In this document: positions 32,391 to 43,012 of the stretch, one piece after another
Position numbering within the stretch: the first letter of the stretch is position 1
Layout of the letters: the number at the start of each line of letters is the position of its first letter
Assembly: GCA_029883975.1 (NCBI GenBank)
Contig: JAOUIL010000001.1
Span: 1,255 to 65,254 of the forward strand
Source of the DNA: Betaproteobacteria bacterium
GTDB lineage: Bacteria > Pseudomonadota > Gammaproteobacteria > Burkholderiales > SG8-39
DNA: 64,000 bases
Direction of reading: 5' to 3'
The notes under the pieces: generated by a model
The model's input: the letters and a program-made list of their open reading frames with translations, nothing else
Told to the model about the DNA's origin: nothing
Databases searched by the model: none
Translations under genes and position numbers: made by a program

Positions 32391-33214
32391 ACTGGTTTCC
32401 CGCGCCGGGAAAACTGAATCTGCTCCTGCACGTGCTGGGGCGGCGCGCCGACGGCTACCACGAGCTGCAGACCGTGCTGCGGCTGATCGATCGCGCCGAC
32501 CGGGTCGGCATCGCGGTGCGCGCCGACGGCCAGATCCGCAGGCACGATCCGCTGCCCGGGGTGCCCGCGGAAGCGGACCTGTGCGTGCGGGCCGCGCGGC
32601 TGCTGCAGGCCCACGCGAAAACGCCTCTGGGCGCGGACTTGGCGATCGACAAGCGACTGCCGATGGGCGGAGGACTCGGGGGCGGCTCGTCGGATGCGGC
32701 GACGACGCTGCTCGTGCTCAACCGGCTCTGGAATGCCGGGCTCGCACGCGCCGAGCTGCAGCAGCTCGCGCTGCGGCTGGGCGCGGACGTGCCGTTCTTC
32801 GTGTTCGGCGAGAACGCGGTCGGCGAGGGGATCGGCGAGCGCCTGCGCCCGCTAGCGCTGCCCGACGCCTGGTACCTCGTGCTGGTGCCGCCGCGCCCGC
32901 TTTCCACCGCCGACGTATTCGGCGATAACGCATTGACACGTAATACGAAACCGCTCAAAATACCGCCCTTTTTCCCGGGCCTGGGCGCCAATGATCTCGA
33001 GCCGGTGGCAATTCGCCGCAGCCCGGAGATCGCGGCGCATCTCGCCTGGCTGCGGGCGCGCCGTGCGCAGGCGCGCATGACGGGATCGGGTGCCTGCGTG
33101 TTCGCAGAGCTTGCGACGGAGGACGAGGCGAGGGCCCTGCTCGGCGAGCTGCCCGCGGAGATGCGCGGATTCGTGGCGCGGGGCCTCGAGCGTCACCCGC
33201 TGTACGGGTTTTGA
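32387..33214 (+). CDS. ispE: 4-diphosphocytidyl-2-C-methyl-D-erythritol kinase
   Basis: ATG 32387 overlaps the lolB stop (ATGA). WFPAPGKLNLLLHVLGRRADGYHELQT...PMGGGLGGGSSDAA is the GHMP kinase motif. GTG 32381 is an alternative start. Confidence 0.92.
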   Translation: MNWFPAPGKLNLLLHVLGRRADGYHELQTVLRLIDRADRVGIAVRADGQIRRHDPLPGVPAEADLCVRAARLLQAHAKTPLGADLAIDKRLPMGGGLGGGSSDAATTLLVLNRLWNAGLARAELQQLALRLGADVPFFVFGENAVGEGIGERLRPLALPDAWYLVLVPPRPLSTADVFGDNALTRNTKPLKIPPFFPGLGANDLEPVAIRRSPEIAAHLAWLRARRAQARMTGSGACVFAELATEDEARALLGELPAEMRGFVARGLERHPLYGF

Positions 33215-33238
33215 GCCGGTTTGATTTGCACCACCTAC

Positions 33239-33315
33239 TGGGGAGTCGCCAAGTTGGTTAAGGCACCGGATTTTGATTCCGGCATTCGTGGGTTCGAATC
33301 CTACCTCCCCAGCCA
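33239..33315 (+). tRNA. tRNA-Gln (anticodon TTG)
   Basis: Cloverleaf with acceptor TGGGGAG/CTCCCCA, anticodon arm CCGGA-TTTTGAT-TCCGG, T loop TTCGAAT and an encoded CCA. Confidence 0.95.
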
Positions 33316-33363
33316 TTTGCGTCCGCGCCCGTGAACAGGATCGCCAACTCCCCGGCCAGCGTG

Positions 33364-34308
33364 ATGGAGCGCCTGATGGTGTTCACCGGGAACGCCAACC
33401 CGCGCCTCGCGCAGGAGGTCACCAGGCACCTCAACCTGTCGCTCGGGCGCGCCATCGTCGGGCGGTTCTCGGACGGCGAGGTGATGGTCGAGATCATGGA
33501 GAACGTGCGCGGCAAGGACGTGTTCGTGCTGCAGTCCACCTGCGCGCCGACCAACGACAACCTGATGGAGCTGCTGGTGATGGTGGACGCGCTCAAGCGC
33601 TCTTCGGCTGCGCGCGTCACGGCCGCCATCCCGTACTTCGGCTACGCGCGCCAGGACCGGCGCCCGCGCTCGGCGCGCGTCGCCATCAGCGCCAAGGTGG
33701 TGGCCAACATGCTCACCTCGGTAGGCGTGGCGCGCGTGCTGACGATGGACCTGCACGCCGACCAGATCCAGGGCTTCTTCGACATGCCGGTGGACAACGT
33801 CTACGCGGCGCCCGTGCTGCTCGGCGACGTGTGGAAGCAGCGCTACGACAACCTGATCGTGGTGTCGCCGGACGTCGGCGGCGTGGTGCGCGCGCGCGCG
33901 CTCGCCAAGCGCCTGGAGTCGGACCTGGCGATCATCGACAAGCGCCGCCCGAAGGCCAACGTCTCCGAGGTGATGAACGTCATCGGCGAGGTGCAGGGCC
34001 GCACCTGCGTCATCATGGACGACATGGTGGATACCGCGGGCACGCTGGTAAAGGCCGCGCAGGTGCTGAAGGAAGAAGGCGCCACCAAGGTGGTGGCGTA
34101 TTGCACGCACGCCGTGCTCTCGGGGACCGCGGTCGAGCGCATCAACGGCTCGGACCTGGACGAGCTGGTGGTGACCGACACGATCCCGCTGCGCGAGGAC
34201 GCGCAGGCGAGCCCGAAGATCCGCCAGCTGTCCGTGGCGGCGCTGCTGGCGGAGACCATCCTGCGCATCTTCAACGAGGACTCGGTGAGCTCGCTGTTCA
34301 TCGAGTAG
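33364..34308 (+). CDS. prs: Ribose-phosphate pyrophosphokinase
   Basis: ATG 33364 gives [19 protein letters not shown], 314 aa. ...[12 protein letters not shown]...[13 protein letters not shown]...DDMVDTAGT. Confidence 0.93.
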   Translation: MERLMVFTGNANPRLAQEVTRHLNLSLGRAIVGRFSDGEVMVEIMENVRGKDVFVLQSTCAPTNDNLMELLVMVDALKRSSAARVTAAIPYFGYARQDRRPRSARVAISAKVVANMLTSVGVARVLTMDLHADQIQGFFDMPVDNVYAAPVLLGDVWKQRYDNLIVVSPDVGGVVRARALAKRLESDLAIIDKRRPKANVSEVMNVIGEVQGRTCVIMDDMVDTAGTLVKAAQVLKEEGATKVVAYCTHAVLSGTAVERINGSDLDELVVTDTIPLREDAQASPKIRQLSVAALLAETILRIFNEDSVSSLFIE

Positions 34309-34367
34309 TTTCTTGCAACCCCGCCGCTGCCTGGTCGCGGGCGCGGCGGACCACAGAGGAGCAGTCC

Positions 34368-35102
34368 ATGAAATTCGAGATCAATGCCAATCCCCGCAAG
34401 GCGCAAGGTACGGGTGCGAGCCGCCGCCTGCGCCGCGCGGGCCGGGTGCCGGGCATCGTGTACGGCGGCGACAAGGGCGCCGTGAACATCGAGCTCGATC
34501 ACCGCGAGCTGTACCACCACCTGATCAACGAGAAGTTCCACGCCTCGATCCTGACGCTCAAGCTCGACGGCGCGGCCGAGCAGGTGCTGTTGCGCGCCTT
34601 CAACATGCATCCGGTGAAGTCGCAGGTGCAGCACATCGACTTCCAGCGCGTCTCCAAGGACAAGAAGATCCACATGAAGGTGCCGCTGCACTTCGTCAAT
34701 GCGGAGAAGTCCCCGGGCGTGAAGGACCAGCAGGGCGTGATGACGCACGTGCTGAACGAGCTCGACATCACCTGCTTTCCCGACGACCTGCCCGAGTTCA
34801 TCGAGGTGGACCTGGGGCAGCTCTCGGTCGGCAAGTCGGTGCACCTGCGCGAGATCGCGCTGCCCAAGGGCGTCGAGGCGGTGCTGCACAAGGGCGAGGA
34901 CCCCGTGGTCGTCACCTGCACGATGCCGGCGCTGGTGACGGAGGAGGAGGTCGCGGCCGAGGCCGTGCCGGCGGCGGGCGAAGTCCCGACCACCGAGCAG
35001 GCGGCGCCGGCGGAGAAGGCCGAGGAGGCCGCCGCAGGCGACAAGGCCAAGGCGGCCGACAAGGGCGCCGCCGACAAGGCGGACAAGAAAGAGAAGAAGT
35101 AA
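34368..35102 (+). CDS. rplY: 50S ribosomal protein L25 (Ctc form) with acidic/Lys-rich tail
   Basis: [42 protein letters not shown], followed by a C-terminal A/E/K-rich extension. Confidence 0.92.
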   Translation: MKFEINANPRKAQGTGASRRLRRAGRVPGIVYGGDKGAVNIELDHRELYHHLINEKFHASILTLKLDGAAEQVLLRAFNMHPVKSQVQHIDFQRVSKDKKIHMKVPLHFVNAEKSPGVKDQQGVMTHVLNELDITCFPDDLPEFIEVDLGQLSVGKSVHLREIALPKGVEAVLHKGEDPVVVTCTMPALVTEEEVAAEAVPAAGEVPTTEQAAPAEKAEEAAAGDKAKAADKGAADKADKKEKK

Positions 35103-35105
35103 CCG

Positions 35106-35834
35106 CTGTCCAAGATCCGCCTCGTCGTCGGCCTGGGCAACCCGGGCAAGGAGTACGAGCGAACCCGGCATAACGCCGGGTTCTGGCTCGTGGAGCGCCT
35201 TGCGCTGGCGCGCGGCATCGCGCTGAAGAAGGACAACCACTACCAGGCGCTGGTGGCGCGCGACGGCGGATTGTGGCTGGTGCTGCCGCAGACCTTCATG
35301 AATGCCTCCGGGCGCGCCGTGCAGATGCTGGCCGGCTTCTTCAAGATCCCGCCGCAGGAGATCCTCGTCGTGCACGACGAGCTCGACTTCCCGCCGGGCG
35401 CGGCGCGCCTCAAGCAGGGCGGCGGCATCGCCGGGCACAACGGGCTGAAGGACATCTCGCAGCGCCTGGGCTCGCACGAGTACTGGCGGCTGCGCATCGG
35501 CGTGGGGCGGCCGACGGGCGACTCGGGCGCGGACTACGTGCTCGAGAAGCCGCCGGCGGAGGAGCGCGAAGCGATCGAAGGTGCCATCGCGCGCGCGCTC
35601 GAGCTGATGCCGCTGATGCTCGAGGGCGACATGCAGGGCGCCATGCAGAAGCTGCACGGCCAGGACAAGCCGGTGGCGAAGAAGGCCGAGCCGGAGAAGA
35701 AGCCCGAAGCGAAGCAGCTCGAGCCGAAAAAGCCCGCGCCGAAGAAGGCTGAGACCGCGCCGCCGCCGAAGCAGGAAGAGAAGGGCGGCGGCATGCTGAA
35801 GGGCCTGCTCAAGGGCCTCACCGGGAAGAAATGA
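35106..35834 (+). CDS. pth: Peptidyl-tRNA hydrolase with ~57-aa Lys/Pro-rich C-terminal tail
   Basis: The conserved N-terminus [23 protein letters not shown] (with the catalytic His) lies upstream of the track's GTG 35190. The frame opens right after the rplY TAA and has no ATG/GTG/TTG before 35190. Candidate starts are CTG 35106 or ATC 35115. Confidence 0.8.
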   Translation: MSKIRLVVGLGNPGKEYERTRHNAGFWLVERLALARGIALKKDNHYQALVARDGGLWLVLPQTFMNASGRAVQMLAGFFKIPPQEILVVHDELDFPPGAARLKQGGGIAGHNGLKDISQRLGSHEYWRLRIGVGRPTGDSGADYVLEKPPAEEREAIEGAIARALELMPLMLEGDMQGAMQKLHGQDKPVAKKAEPEKKPEAKQLEPKKPAPKKAETAPPPKQEEKGGGMLKGLLKGLTGKK

Positions 35835-36925
35835 GCCTGAAGTGCGGCATCGTGGGACTGCCGAACGTCGGCAAGTCCACGCTCTTCAATGCGCTCACCA
35901 AGGCGGCGATCGCCGCCGAGAACTATCCGTTCTGCACCATCGAGCCGAACGTCGGCATCGTCGAGGTGCCCGATGCGCGCCTCGGCAAGCTCGCCGAGAT
36001 CGCCAAGCCGGAGCGCGTCATCCCGGCCGTGGTGGAGTTCGTGGACATCGCGGGGCTGGTGGCGGGCGCTTCCAAGGGCGAAGGGCTGGGCAACAAGTTC
36101 CTCGCCAACATCCGCGAGACCGATGCCATCGCGCACGTGGTGCGCTGCTTCGAGGATCCCAATGTGATCCACGTCGCCAATCGCATCGACCCGGTGTCGG
36201 ACATCGAGACCATCCACACCGAGCTCGCGCTCGCCGACCTGGAGACGGTGAGCAAGCAGCTGCAGAAGAACACCAAGGTGGCGAAGACCGGAGGCGACAA
36301 GGAGGCGCAGCGCCTGGTCGCCGTGCTCGAGAAGGCGGAGAAGGCGCTCGATGCGGGGCGCCCCGCGCGCTCGGTCGACTGGTCCAGGGAAGAGCTGGCA
36401 GTGCTCAAGCCGTTGTTCCTGTTGACCATGAAGCCGACCATGTACGTGGCCAACGTCGCCGAGAACGGCTTCAAGGACAATCCGCTGCTCGCCCAGGTCG
36501 AGGCCTACGCGCAGAAGGAAGGCGCGCCGGTGGTCGCCATCTGCGCGTCGCTGGAAGCGCAGATCGCGGACATGAGCGACGAGGACAAGAAGGTGTTCCT
36601 CGCCGACGCCGGCCTGGCCGAGCCGGGCCTCAATCGCCTCGCGCGCGCGGCCTACACGCTGCTGGGCCTGCAGACCTACTTCACCGCGGGTCCGAAGGAA
36701 GTGCGCGCCTGGACGGTGGTGCGGGGCGCCACCGCGCCGCAGGCCGCCGGGGTGATCCACACCGACTTCGAGCGCGGCTTCATCCGCGCCGAGGTCGCCG
36801 CCTACGACGACTTCGTCGCCTGCGGCGGCGAGCAGGGCGCGAAGGAGGCGGGCAAGCTGCGCCTCGAGGGCAAGGACTACGTGGTGCGCGACGGCGACGT
36901 CATGCACTTCCGCTTCAACGTGTGA
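35831..36925 (+). CDS. ychF: Redox-regulated ribosome-binding ATPase YchF
   Basis: [19 protein letters not shown]...YPFCTIEPN...DIAGLV.GAS.GEGLGN.FL. ATGA overlap with pth. Confidence 0.95.
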   Translation: MSLKCGIVGLPNVGKSTLFNALTKAAIAAENYPFCTIEPNVGIVEVPDARLGKLAEIAKPERVIPAVVEFVDIAGLVAGASKGEGLGNKFLANIRETDAIAHVVRCFEDPNVIHVANRIDPVSDIETIHTELALADLETVSKQLQKNTKVAKTGGDKEAQRLVAVLEKAEKALDAGRPARSVDWSREELAVLKPLFLLTMKPTMYVANVAENGFKDNPLLAQVEAYAQKEGAPVVAICASLEAQIADMSDEDKKVFLADAGLAEPGLNRLARAAYTLLGLQTYFTAGPKEVRAWTVVRGATAPQAAGVIHTDFERGFIRAEVAAYDDFVACGGEQGAKEAGKLRLEGKDYVVRDGDVMHFRFNV

Positions 36926-36927
36926 CC

Positions 36928-37374
36928 ATGGAGCTGGGCTGCGCCGCGCAGCGCGACGTGCCACAGCTCGTGACGCTGCTCGGCATCCTGTTCGCCCAGG
37001 AAGCCGAGCTTGCCCCCGATCCCGGGAAGCAGCGCCGCGCGCTGGAAATGATCCTCGCCGATCCCGCGCGTGCCCGCATCTATGTGGCGCGCCTCGAGGG
37101 CGAGGTGGTGGCGATGGCCGCGCTGCACTTCACCACCAGCACCGCCGAAGGCGGGAAAGTGGCCGGGCTCGAGGACTGCATCGTCCATCCGCGGCATCGG
37201 CGCCGCGGCATCGGCAAGGCGCTGCTGGCTTACGTGCTCGAGCAGGCGCGCGCCGAAGGCGCGCTGCGCGTGATGCTGCTCACCGACGGCGACAACACGC
37301 GCGCGCAGGCGCTCTATCGCCGGCTGGGCTTCGCGCCCTCGTCAATGCTCGCGATGCGGCTGAAGCTCCGCTAG
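36928..37374 (+). CDS. GNAT family N-acetyltransferase
   Basis: 148 aa with the acetyl-CoA motif VHPRHRRRGIGKALL...A..LY.RLGF. Confidence 0.8.
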   Translation: MELGCAAQRDVPQLVTLLGILFAQEAELAPDPGKQRRALEMILADPARARIYVARLEGEVVAMAALHFTTSTAEGGKVAGLEDCIVHPRHRRRGIGKALLAYVLEQARAEGALRVMLLTDGDNTRAQALYRRLGFAPSSMLAMRLKLR

Positions 37375-37378
37375 GCGG

Positions 37379-38863
37379 CTACACCCCACCCATGCAGATG
37401 TACTTCACCTCGACGAACTCCTCACAGCCGTATTTCGACCCTTCGCGCCCGAGGCCCGACTGCTTCACGCCGCCGAACGGCGCCACTTCCGTGGTGATGA
37501 GGCCGCTGTTCACGCCCACCATGCCGTACTCGAGCGCCTCCGCGACGCGCCAGGCGCGGCCGACGTCGCGGCTGTAGAAGTAAGCGGCGAGGCCGTACTC
37601 GGTGCGATTGGCGAGCTCGATCACCTCGGCGTCGGTCTTGAAGCGAAAGAGCGGCGCCACCGGCCCGAAGGTCTCCTCGCGGAAGATCTTCATCGTCGGC
37701 TGCACGTCGGTGAGCACGGTCGGCTCGTAGTAGGTCTTGCCGAGCGCATGGCGTTTCGCGCCGGTGAGCGCCTTCGCGCCGCCGGCGAGGGCGTCGGCCA
37801 CGTGCTCTTCCACCTTGGCGAGCGCGGCCGTGTCGATGAGCGGGCCCTGGTTGACGCCCGCCTCGGTGCCGGTGCCGACTTTGAGCTCCTTCACCTTTTG
37901 CGCCAGCTTGGCGGCGAACTTGTCGTACACGCCGTCCTGCACAAAGAGCCGGTTGGCACACACGCAGGTCTGCCCGGTGTTGCGATACTTGGACACCATC
38001 GCGCCCTCGACCGCCGCATCCACATCGGCGTCGTCGAACACGATGAAGGGCGCGTTGCCGCCCAACTCGAGCGAGATCTTCTTCACGGTGGGCGCCGATT
38101 GCCTCATCAGCAGCCGCCCGACCTCGGTCGAGCCCGTGAACGAGATCTTGCGCACCACGGGGCTCGAGCAGAGCTCGCCGCCGATCGCGGGCGCATCGCC
38201 CGTGATGATGTTGAGCACGCCCTTCGGGAAGCCCGCGCGCTCGGCGAGCTCCGCCAAGGCGAGGGCCGAGTAGGGCGTCTGCTCGGCGGGCTTCAGAATG
38301 ACGGTGCAGCCCGCGGCGAGCCCCGGCGCGACCTTGCGCGTGATCATCGAGTGCGGGAAGTTCCAGGGCGTGATGGCCGCGCACACGCCGACCGGCTGCT
38401 TGATGACCACGATGCGACGGTCGGCCCAGGGCGTCGGGATGGTGTCGCCGTAGATGCGCTTGGCTTCCTCGGCGAACCACTCGACGTAGGCCGCGCCGAT
38501 GGTGATCTCGCCTTTCGACTCGGCGAGCGGCTTGCCCTGCTCGCTCGTGAGGATGAGCGCGAGGTCCTCGAGGTTGGCCAGGATCAGGTCGTTCCACTTG
38601 CGCAGGATGGCGCTCCTTTCCTTGCCGGTCTTCGCGCGCCACGCGGGCAGCGCGGCCTCGGCGGCGGCGATGGCCTTCTTCGTCTCCGCGGCGCCCATGT
38701 CGGGCACGATGCCGATCTGCTCGCCGGTCGCCGGATTGCGCACCGCAAAGGTCTTGCCGCCCGCGGCGCCCGTCCAGGCGCCGTCGACGTAGCACTGCTC
38801 GCGCAGGAGCTTGGGGTCTTTCAGCGGAAGCGCCGGCAGTCCGGCGCGCGCGGGTGCGTTCAT
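37379..38863 (-). CDS. gabD: NAD(P)+-dependent succinate-semialdehyde dehydrogenase
   Basis: 494 aa ALDH: FTGSTEVGR, LELGGNAP, GQTCVCANR, EETFGPV. SD GGAGGA. Confidence 0.85.
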   Translation of the reverse strand: MNAPARAGLPALPLKDPKLLREQCYVDGAWTGAAGGKTFAVRNPATGEQIGIVPDMGAAETKKAIAAAEAALPAWRAKTGKERSAILRKWNDLILANLEDLALILTSEQGKPLAESKGEITIGAAYVEWFAEEAKRIYGDTIPTPWADRRIVVIKQPVGVCAAITPWNFPHSMITRKVAPGLAAGCTVILKPAEQTPYSALALAELAERAGFPKGVLNIITGDAPAIGGELCSSPVVRKISFTGSTEVGRLLMRQSAPTVKKISLELGGNAPFIVFDDADVDAAVEGAMVSKYRNTGQTCVCANRLFVQDGVYDKFAAKLAQKVKELKVGTGTEAGVNQGPLIDTAALAKVEEHVADALAGGAKALTGAKRHALGKTYYEPTVLTDVQPTMKIFREETFGPVAPLFRFKTDAEVIELANRTEYGLAAYFYSRDVGRAWRVAEALEYGMVGVNSGLITTEVAPFGGVKQSGLGREGSKYGCEEFVEVKYICMGGV

Positions 38864-38866
38864 GGC

Positions 38867-39823
38867 TCATTCCTCCGTGTGGGTCGCCGCAACGTGCCCA
38901 CCGTGCGCGCGCCACTCGCGCGGACTGGCGCCATAGCGCTGGCGGAACATGCGGCTGAAGTGCGCGGCGCTCGAGAATCCGGCGCCGAGCAGGATGCTGG
39001 TGATGCTGCGCGCGGCCTCGCGCGGATCCTCGAGTTGCCGGCGCGCGAACTCGAGGCGCGACAGCCACAGGAAGCGGCTCAGGGACAGGCCGCAGTCCTC
39101 GAACGCCTTGTGCAGCGCCCGCTTGGAGCTGCCGAGCGCGCCGGCGATGACGCCGACGTCGAGCGCCGGGTCGCACAGGCGCTCGACGATCAGGGCCGCG
39201 GTACGCTCGCGCAGGACGTCGCGCGAGCCGAGCGCGGGATGCCGGCCGGACTGCTCGAGCAGCGCGAGCCGCACCTGCCGCAGGATGGTCGCGCCAAGCC
39301 CCGCTTCGCCGGTGGCGAGCGCGCGTGCGATCGACTCGCAGGCCACGCGTCCCATGCCGCGCGCGCCCGTCAGCGGCCGAACCAGCAGCGCGCTCAGCTC
39401 CGGCGCTCCGTCCACGATGCGCTCGCGCGGCAGCAGCAGCACGTCCTGCAGCACGTCCTGCGGGTTGGAGACCGTATAGGACTGCGTCGTGTCGTAAACG
39501 CTCCAGGCGCCCGGCGCGAGCCACGCGCGCCGCCCGTCCTGCTCGAACAGGCTGCAGCCGCGGCGCTGCACCACCATCTTCAGGTGCCCCGGGTCGCTCG
39601 GCCCGCCCGCGCTCGAGGTGCGCTCGACGCGATGGCGCGACGCCTCCAGCCGGCAGATGCGCAGCTCGCCGAGCTCGAACCCGCGGATCTCGCCGCGGAA
39701 GCGCTCGTCGCCGTAGGTCTGCGAGCGCAGGCGGCCGAAGGAGCGCTGCACGGCGTCGCCCCAGTATCCGACCCGGTCGCGGGCGGGCACGGCGTCGGTG
39801 GTGAGCAGCAGGGAGGCGGTCAA
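38867..39823 (-). CDS. AraC family transcriptional regulator
   Basis: C-terminal double HTH (...SITSILLGAGFSSAAHFSRMFRQRYGASPREWR) with an N-terminal AraC-binding-like domain. The TTG 39823 start is inferred because the upstream region is AT-rich intergenic DNA. Start uncertain. Confidence 0.75.
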   Translation of the reverse strand: MTASLLLTTDAVPARDRVGYWGDAVQRSFGRLRSQTYGDERFRGEIRGFELGELRICRLEASRHRVERTSSAGGPSDPGHLKMVVQRRGCSLFEQDGRRAWLAPGAWSVYDTTQSYTVSNPQDVLQDVLLLPRERIVDGAPELSALLVRPLTGARGMGRVACESIARALATGEAGLGATILRQVRLALLEQSGRHPALGSRDVLRERTAALIVERLCDPALDVGVIAGALGSSKRALHKAFEDCGLSLSRFLWLSRLEFARRQLEDPREAARSITSILLGAGFSSAAHFSRMFRQRYGASPREWRAHGGHVAATHTEE

Positions 39824-39985
39824 AGGGGGGCGCTCTCGGACAAGACCGGACGTGCCGTCCTTTCTACCATATCGTCCCGGGCTGAAGTAGGGGTTGCCTG
39901 AACAGTTGTTCGCTCGTAAAGTACTAAAAAACAAACAGATTTGAGACCGTCGGCCTTTCGGCGGCCTTTACCAGAGGAGACAGCA

Positions 39986-41167
39986 ATGGGTATCGTCCAT
40001 TTCGTACGCGGCGCGGCGGCCGTCGCGCTGGCCGCCATGGCGGCCGTTCCGGCACTCGCGCAGGACGTGCGCATCGGCTACGCGATCTCGCGCAGCGGAC
40101 CGGGCGCGCCCGGCGCGCAGACCTCGCAGGAGCCCAACTACATCATGTGGGCCGAGCAGGTGAACGCCGCGGGCGGCCTCAACGTCGGCGGCAAGAAGCG
40201 CAAGATCGAGCTGATCGGCTACGACGATCGCACCGACGCCGAGACCATGTTGCGCACTTACGAGAAGCTCATGACCAGCGACAAGGTCGACCTGATCCTC
40301 CCGCCGTGGGGCACGGGGTTGAACTTCGCGCTCATGCCGCTCGCGCAGCGCCACGGCTACCCGATGCTCTCGCCGACGGCCACGGGCAGGAAGCTCCTGT
40401 CGCTGAAGAACCCGTACTTCTTTCCGCTGCTGCAGCAGCCCGACGTGATGATGGAGGCGCTCGCCACCTTCCTCAAGGCGCGCGGCACGAAGACCGCCGC
40501 CGTGGTCCACGTCGACGAGCTCTTCGGGCTGGAGCAGGCCGCGGCGCTGGAGAAGGCCTTCAAGGAGAAGGGCATCCAGATCATCGAGAAGAAGAGCTAC
40601 CCGTTCGGCGTGAAGGACTTGCAGCCCGTGCTGCGCGACATCAAGGCGAAGGAGCCCGGCGCCTTCATCGCGCTGTCCTATCCGCCGGACACGTTCCTCA
40701 TCACCGCGCAGTCCAAGGCGCTCGCGTTCAATCCGAGCGCGTTCTACGCAGCGGTCGGAACGGCCTTTCCGATCTACCGCGACAAGATGGGCGCGGCCAC
40801 CGTCGAGGGCGTGATGGGCCTGGGCACCTGGAACCCGAAGTCCGGCCCGGCCGCCAAGGCGTACTTCGACGCGCACGTCGCGCGCTGGAAGAAGGAGCCC
40901 GACCGCTGGGCGAGCGCGCACTGCTGGGCCGGTTTGCAGATCCTGCAGCAGGCCGTGGAAAAGGTCGGTCTCGATCGCAAGAAGATCCGCGACTACATCG
41001 CCAGCACCGAGTTCGACACCGTGATCGGCAAGATCCGCTTCAAGAACGGCGAGAACGTCTCCACGCCGGGCGTGGTCAGCCAGTGGCAGAACGGCGAATT
41101 CGAGGTCGTGTGGCCGCCGGAACGTGCCACGGCGTCCTCGCAGTTCCCCAAGCCCGGCTGGAACTGA
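39986..41167 (+). CDS. ABC transporter periplasmic substrate-binding protein (Leu/Ile/Val-binding, Peripla_BP_6-like)
   Basis: SD AGAGGAGA and signal peptide ...AAVPALAQDV. ~390 aa type-I PBP. Ligand unknown. Confidence 0.8.
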   Translation: MGIVHFVRGAAAVALAAMAAVPALAQDVRIGYAISRSGPGAPGAQTSQEPNYIMWAEQVNAAGGLNVGGKKRKIELIGYDDRTDAETMLRTYEKLMTSDKVDLILPPWGTGLNFALMPLAQRHGYPMLSPTATGRKLLSLKNPYFFPLLQQPDVMMEALATFLKARGTKTAAVVHVDELFGLEQAAALEKAFKEKGIQIIEKKSYPFGVKDLQPVLRDIKAKEPGAFIALSYPPDTFLITAQSKALAFNPSAFYAAVGTAFPIYRDKMGAATVEGVMGLGTWNPKSGPAAKAYFDAHVARWKKEPDRWASAHCWAGLQILQQAVEKVGLDRKKIRDYIASTEFDTVIGKIRFKNGENVSTPGVVSQWQNGEFEVVWPPERATASSQFPKPGWN

Positions 41168-41187
41168 GCCGCGCCCTCGACGCGCAC

Positions 41188-41216
41188 GGCCCCGCGGGCG
41201 ACCGCGGGGCCTTTTT
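41188..41216 (+). terminator. Rho-independent terminator/attenuator between the SBP and permease genes
   Basis: GGCCCCGCGG-gcga-CCGCGGGGCC followed by TTTTTG. Confidence 0.75.
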
Positions 41217-41228
41217 GTCTGTAGACGC

Positions 41229-42098
41229 ATGAGCCTCTGGTTCGAGCTGATCGCTTCCGGGCTGATCACCGGCGGCATCTACGCCGTGGTGGCCATCGGC
41301 CTCAACCTGCAGTACGGGCTGATGCGGATCCTCAACATCTCGCACGGCGAGTTCCTCATGCTGGGGGCCTACCTCACCTGGCTCGCGCACACGGTGCTGC
41401 AGGTGAATCCGCTCGCCTTCCTGCCGGTCGTCGCCCTCGTGATGTTCGTGGCCGGTGTGCTCGTCTACCGGCTGTGCTTCTATCGCATCGTCAGCACGGC
41501 GCCGGCGGTGGAGGTGATCGAGGCGCGGAGCCTGCTGGTGGGCTTCGGGCTGCTCTACCTCGTGCAGAATCTGGCCTATCTCGCCTGGGGCGCCGACCTG
41601 CGCGGCTACTCCTTCCTCGTCGAGACGCTGGAGATCGGCGGCGCGCGCTTCAACCTCAATCGCGTGGTGGTGTTTGGCTTCGCTATGGCCGCGAGCCTCG
41701 CGCTGCTCGCCGTGCTGCGCTTCACGCTGATCGGCAAGGCGGTGCGCGCCATGATGCAGTCGCCCACCGGCGCGCAGCTGGTCGGCATCGACACCAAGGT
41801 GCTGCACCCGGTGGTGTTCGGCGCGGGCCTGGCGCTCGCCGGGGTCGCCGGCGCGCTGCTGTCCACGGTCTTCGAGATCTCGCCCGCGATGGGCGAGCCC
41901 TACACCGTGACGGCGCTGATCGTGATCGTGCTGGGCGGGCTGGGCAGCGCGCTGGGCAGCCTGCTCGGCGGCTTCCTGCTCGGCCTGGTGGAGACCTTCG
42001 GCATGCACTTCACCAGCCCCTCGCTCAAGATGGTGCTCTCGTACGGCGTGCTGATCGCGGTGCTGCTCGCGCGGCCCAAGGGCCTGTTCACGCGATGA
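41229..42098 (+). CDS. livH: Branched-chain-type ABC transporter permease (LivH family)
   Basis: 289 aa multi-TM; ...GGIYAVVAIGLNLQYG...ISHGEF. Confidence 0.8.
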   Translation: MSLWFELIASGLITGGIYAVVAIGLNLQYGLMRILNISHGEFLMLGAYLTWLAHTVLQVNPLAFLPVVALVMFVAGVLVYRLCFYRIVSTAPAVEVIEARSLLVGFGLLYLVQNLAYLAWGADLRGYSFLVETLEIGGARFNLNRVVVFGFAMAASLALLAVLRFTLIGKAVRAMMQSPTGAQLVGIDTKVLHPVVFGAGLALAGVAGALLSTVFEISPAMGEPYTVTALIVIVLGGLGSALGSLLGGFLLGLVETFGMHFTSPSLKMVLSYGVLIAVLLARPKGLFTR

Positions 42099-43012
42099 AT
42101 TCCCGCCACGCCCTGCTCGCGTTGCTCGCCGGCGGGCTCGCGCTCGCGGCGCTGCCGTGGCTGCTGTCGGATTTCCTGCTCGCGCTCGCGCTCTCCTGCG
42201 TCATGTACGCCGGGCTCGCGGTCAGCTGGTCGATGTTCTGCGGCCCCACGAACTACCTGTCGCTCGCCACCGCCGCGTTCTTCGGTCTGGGCACCTACGT
42301 GACGGCCTGGGGCGCGGGCGCGCTGCCCTACGGCCTGTCGGTCCTCGCGGGGGGCCTGGTGGCCGCGGGCTTCGCCGCGCTGATCGGCGCGGCGGTGTTG
42401 CACCTGCGCGGCGCCTACTTCGCCGTCATCACTTTCGGCATGGGCGAGTTGGTGCGCCACGGCATCACCTACTACGAGAAGGCGTTCGAGGGCACGGTCG
42501 GACGCATCATCGCCGAGGCGCCCGAGTCGACCACGGTGTACTGGATGGTGCTGCTCGTCTCCATGGGCGCGGTCGCCGCCGCGGTGCTGGTGCGCGACCA
42601 CCGCCTCGGGCTCGCGCTGCGCGGCATCGGCTCCGACGAGGAGCGCGCGCAGACGCTCGGCGTGAACGCGCGCCGCAGCAAGATCGCCGCTTTCGCCCTG
42701 TCCGCGTTCTTCGCCGGGGCGCTGGGCGCGGCGATGGCGGTGCGCTGGACCTACATCGACCCGCTGACCGTGTTCAACCCGTTCATCGGCTTCCAGACCG
42801 TGCTGATCGCCATGGTGGGCGGCGCGCAAACCATCCTCGGGCCGATCGCGTCGGCCGTGGTGTTCGGCCTGCTGACGGAATTCCTGCGCTTGCAGTTTCC
42901 GTACCTCTTCCTCGTGATCCTGGGATTCCTGCTGATCTTGCTCGTGCTCTACCTGCCCGGCGGGATCGCCTCCCTGTTCGAGCGCTGGCGCTGGAGGCGC
43001 GGCAATGTCTGA
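42095..43012 (+). CDS. livM: Branched-chain-type ABC transporter permease (LivM family)
   Basis: ATGA overlap with livH. 305 aa multi-TM; ...LSLATAAFFGLGTY... Confidence 0.8.
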   Translation: MNSRHALLALLAGGLALAALPWLLSDFLLALALSCVMYAGLAVSWSMFCGPTNYLSLATAAFFGLGTYVTAWGAGALPYGLSVLAGGLVAAGFAALIGAAVLHLRGAYFAVITFGMGELVRHGITYYEKAFEGTVGRIIAEAPESTTVYWMVLLVSMGAVAAAVLVRDHRLGLALRGIGSDEERAQTLGVNARRSKIAAFALSAFFAGALGAAMAVRWTYIDPLTVFNPFIGFQTVLIAMVGGAQTILGPIASAVVFGLLTEFLRLQFPYLFLVILGFLLILLVLYLPGGIASLFERWRWRRGNV

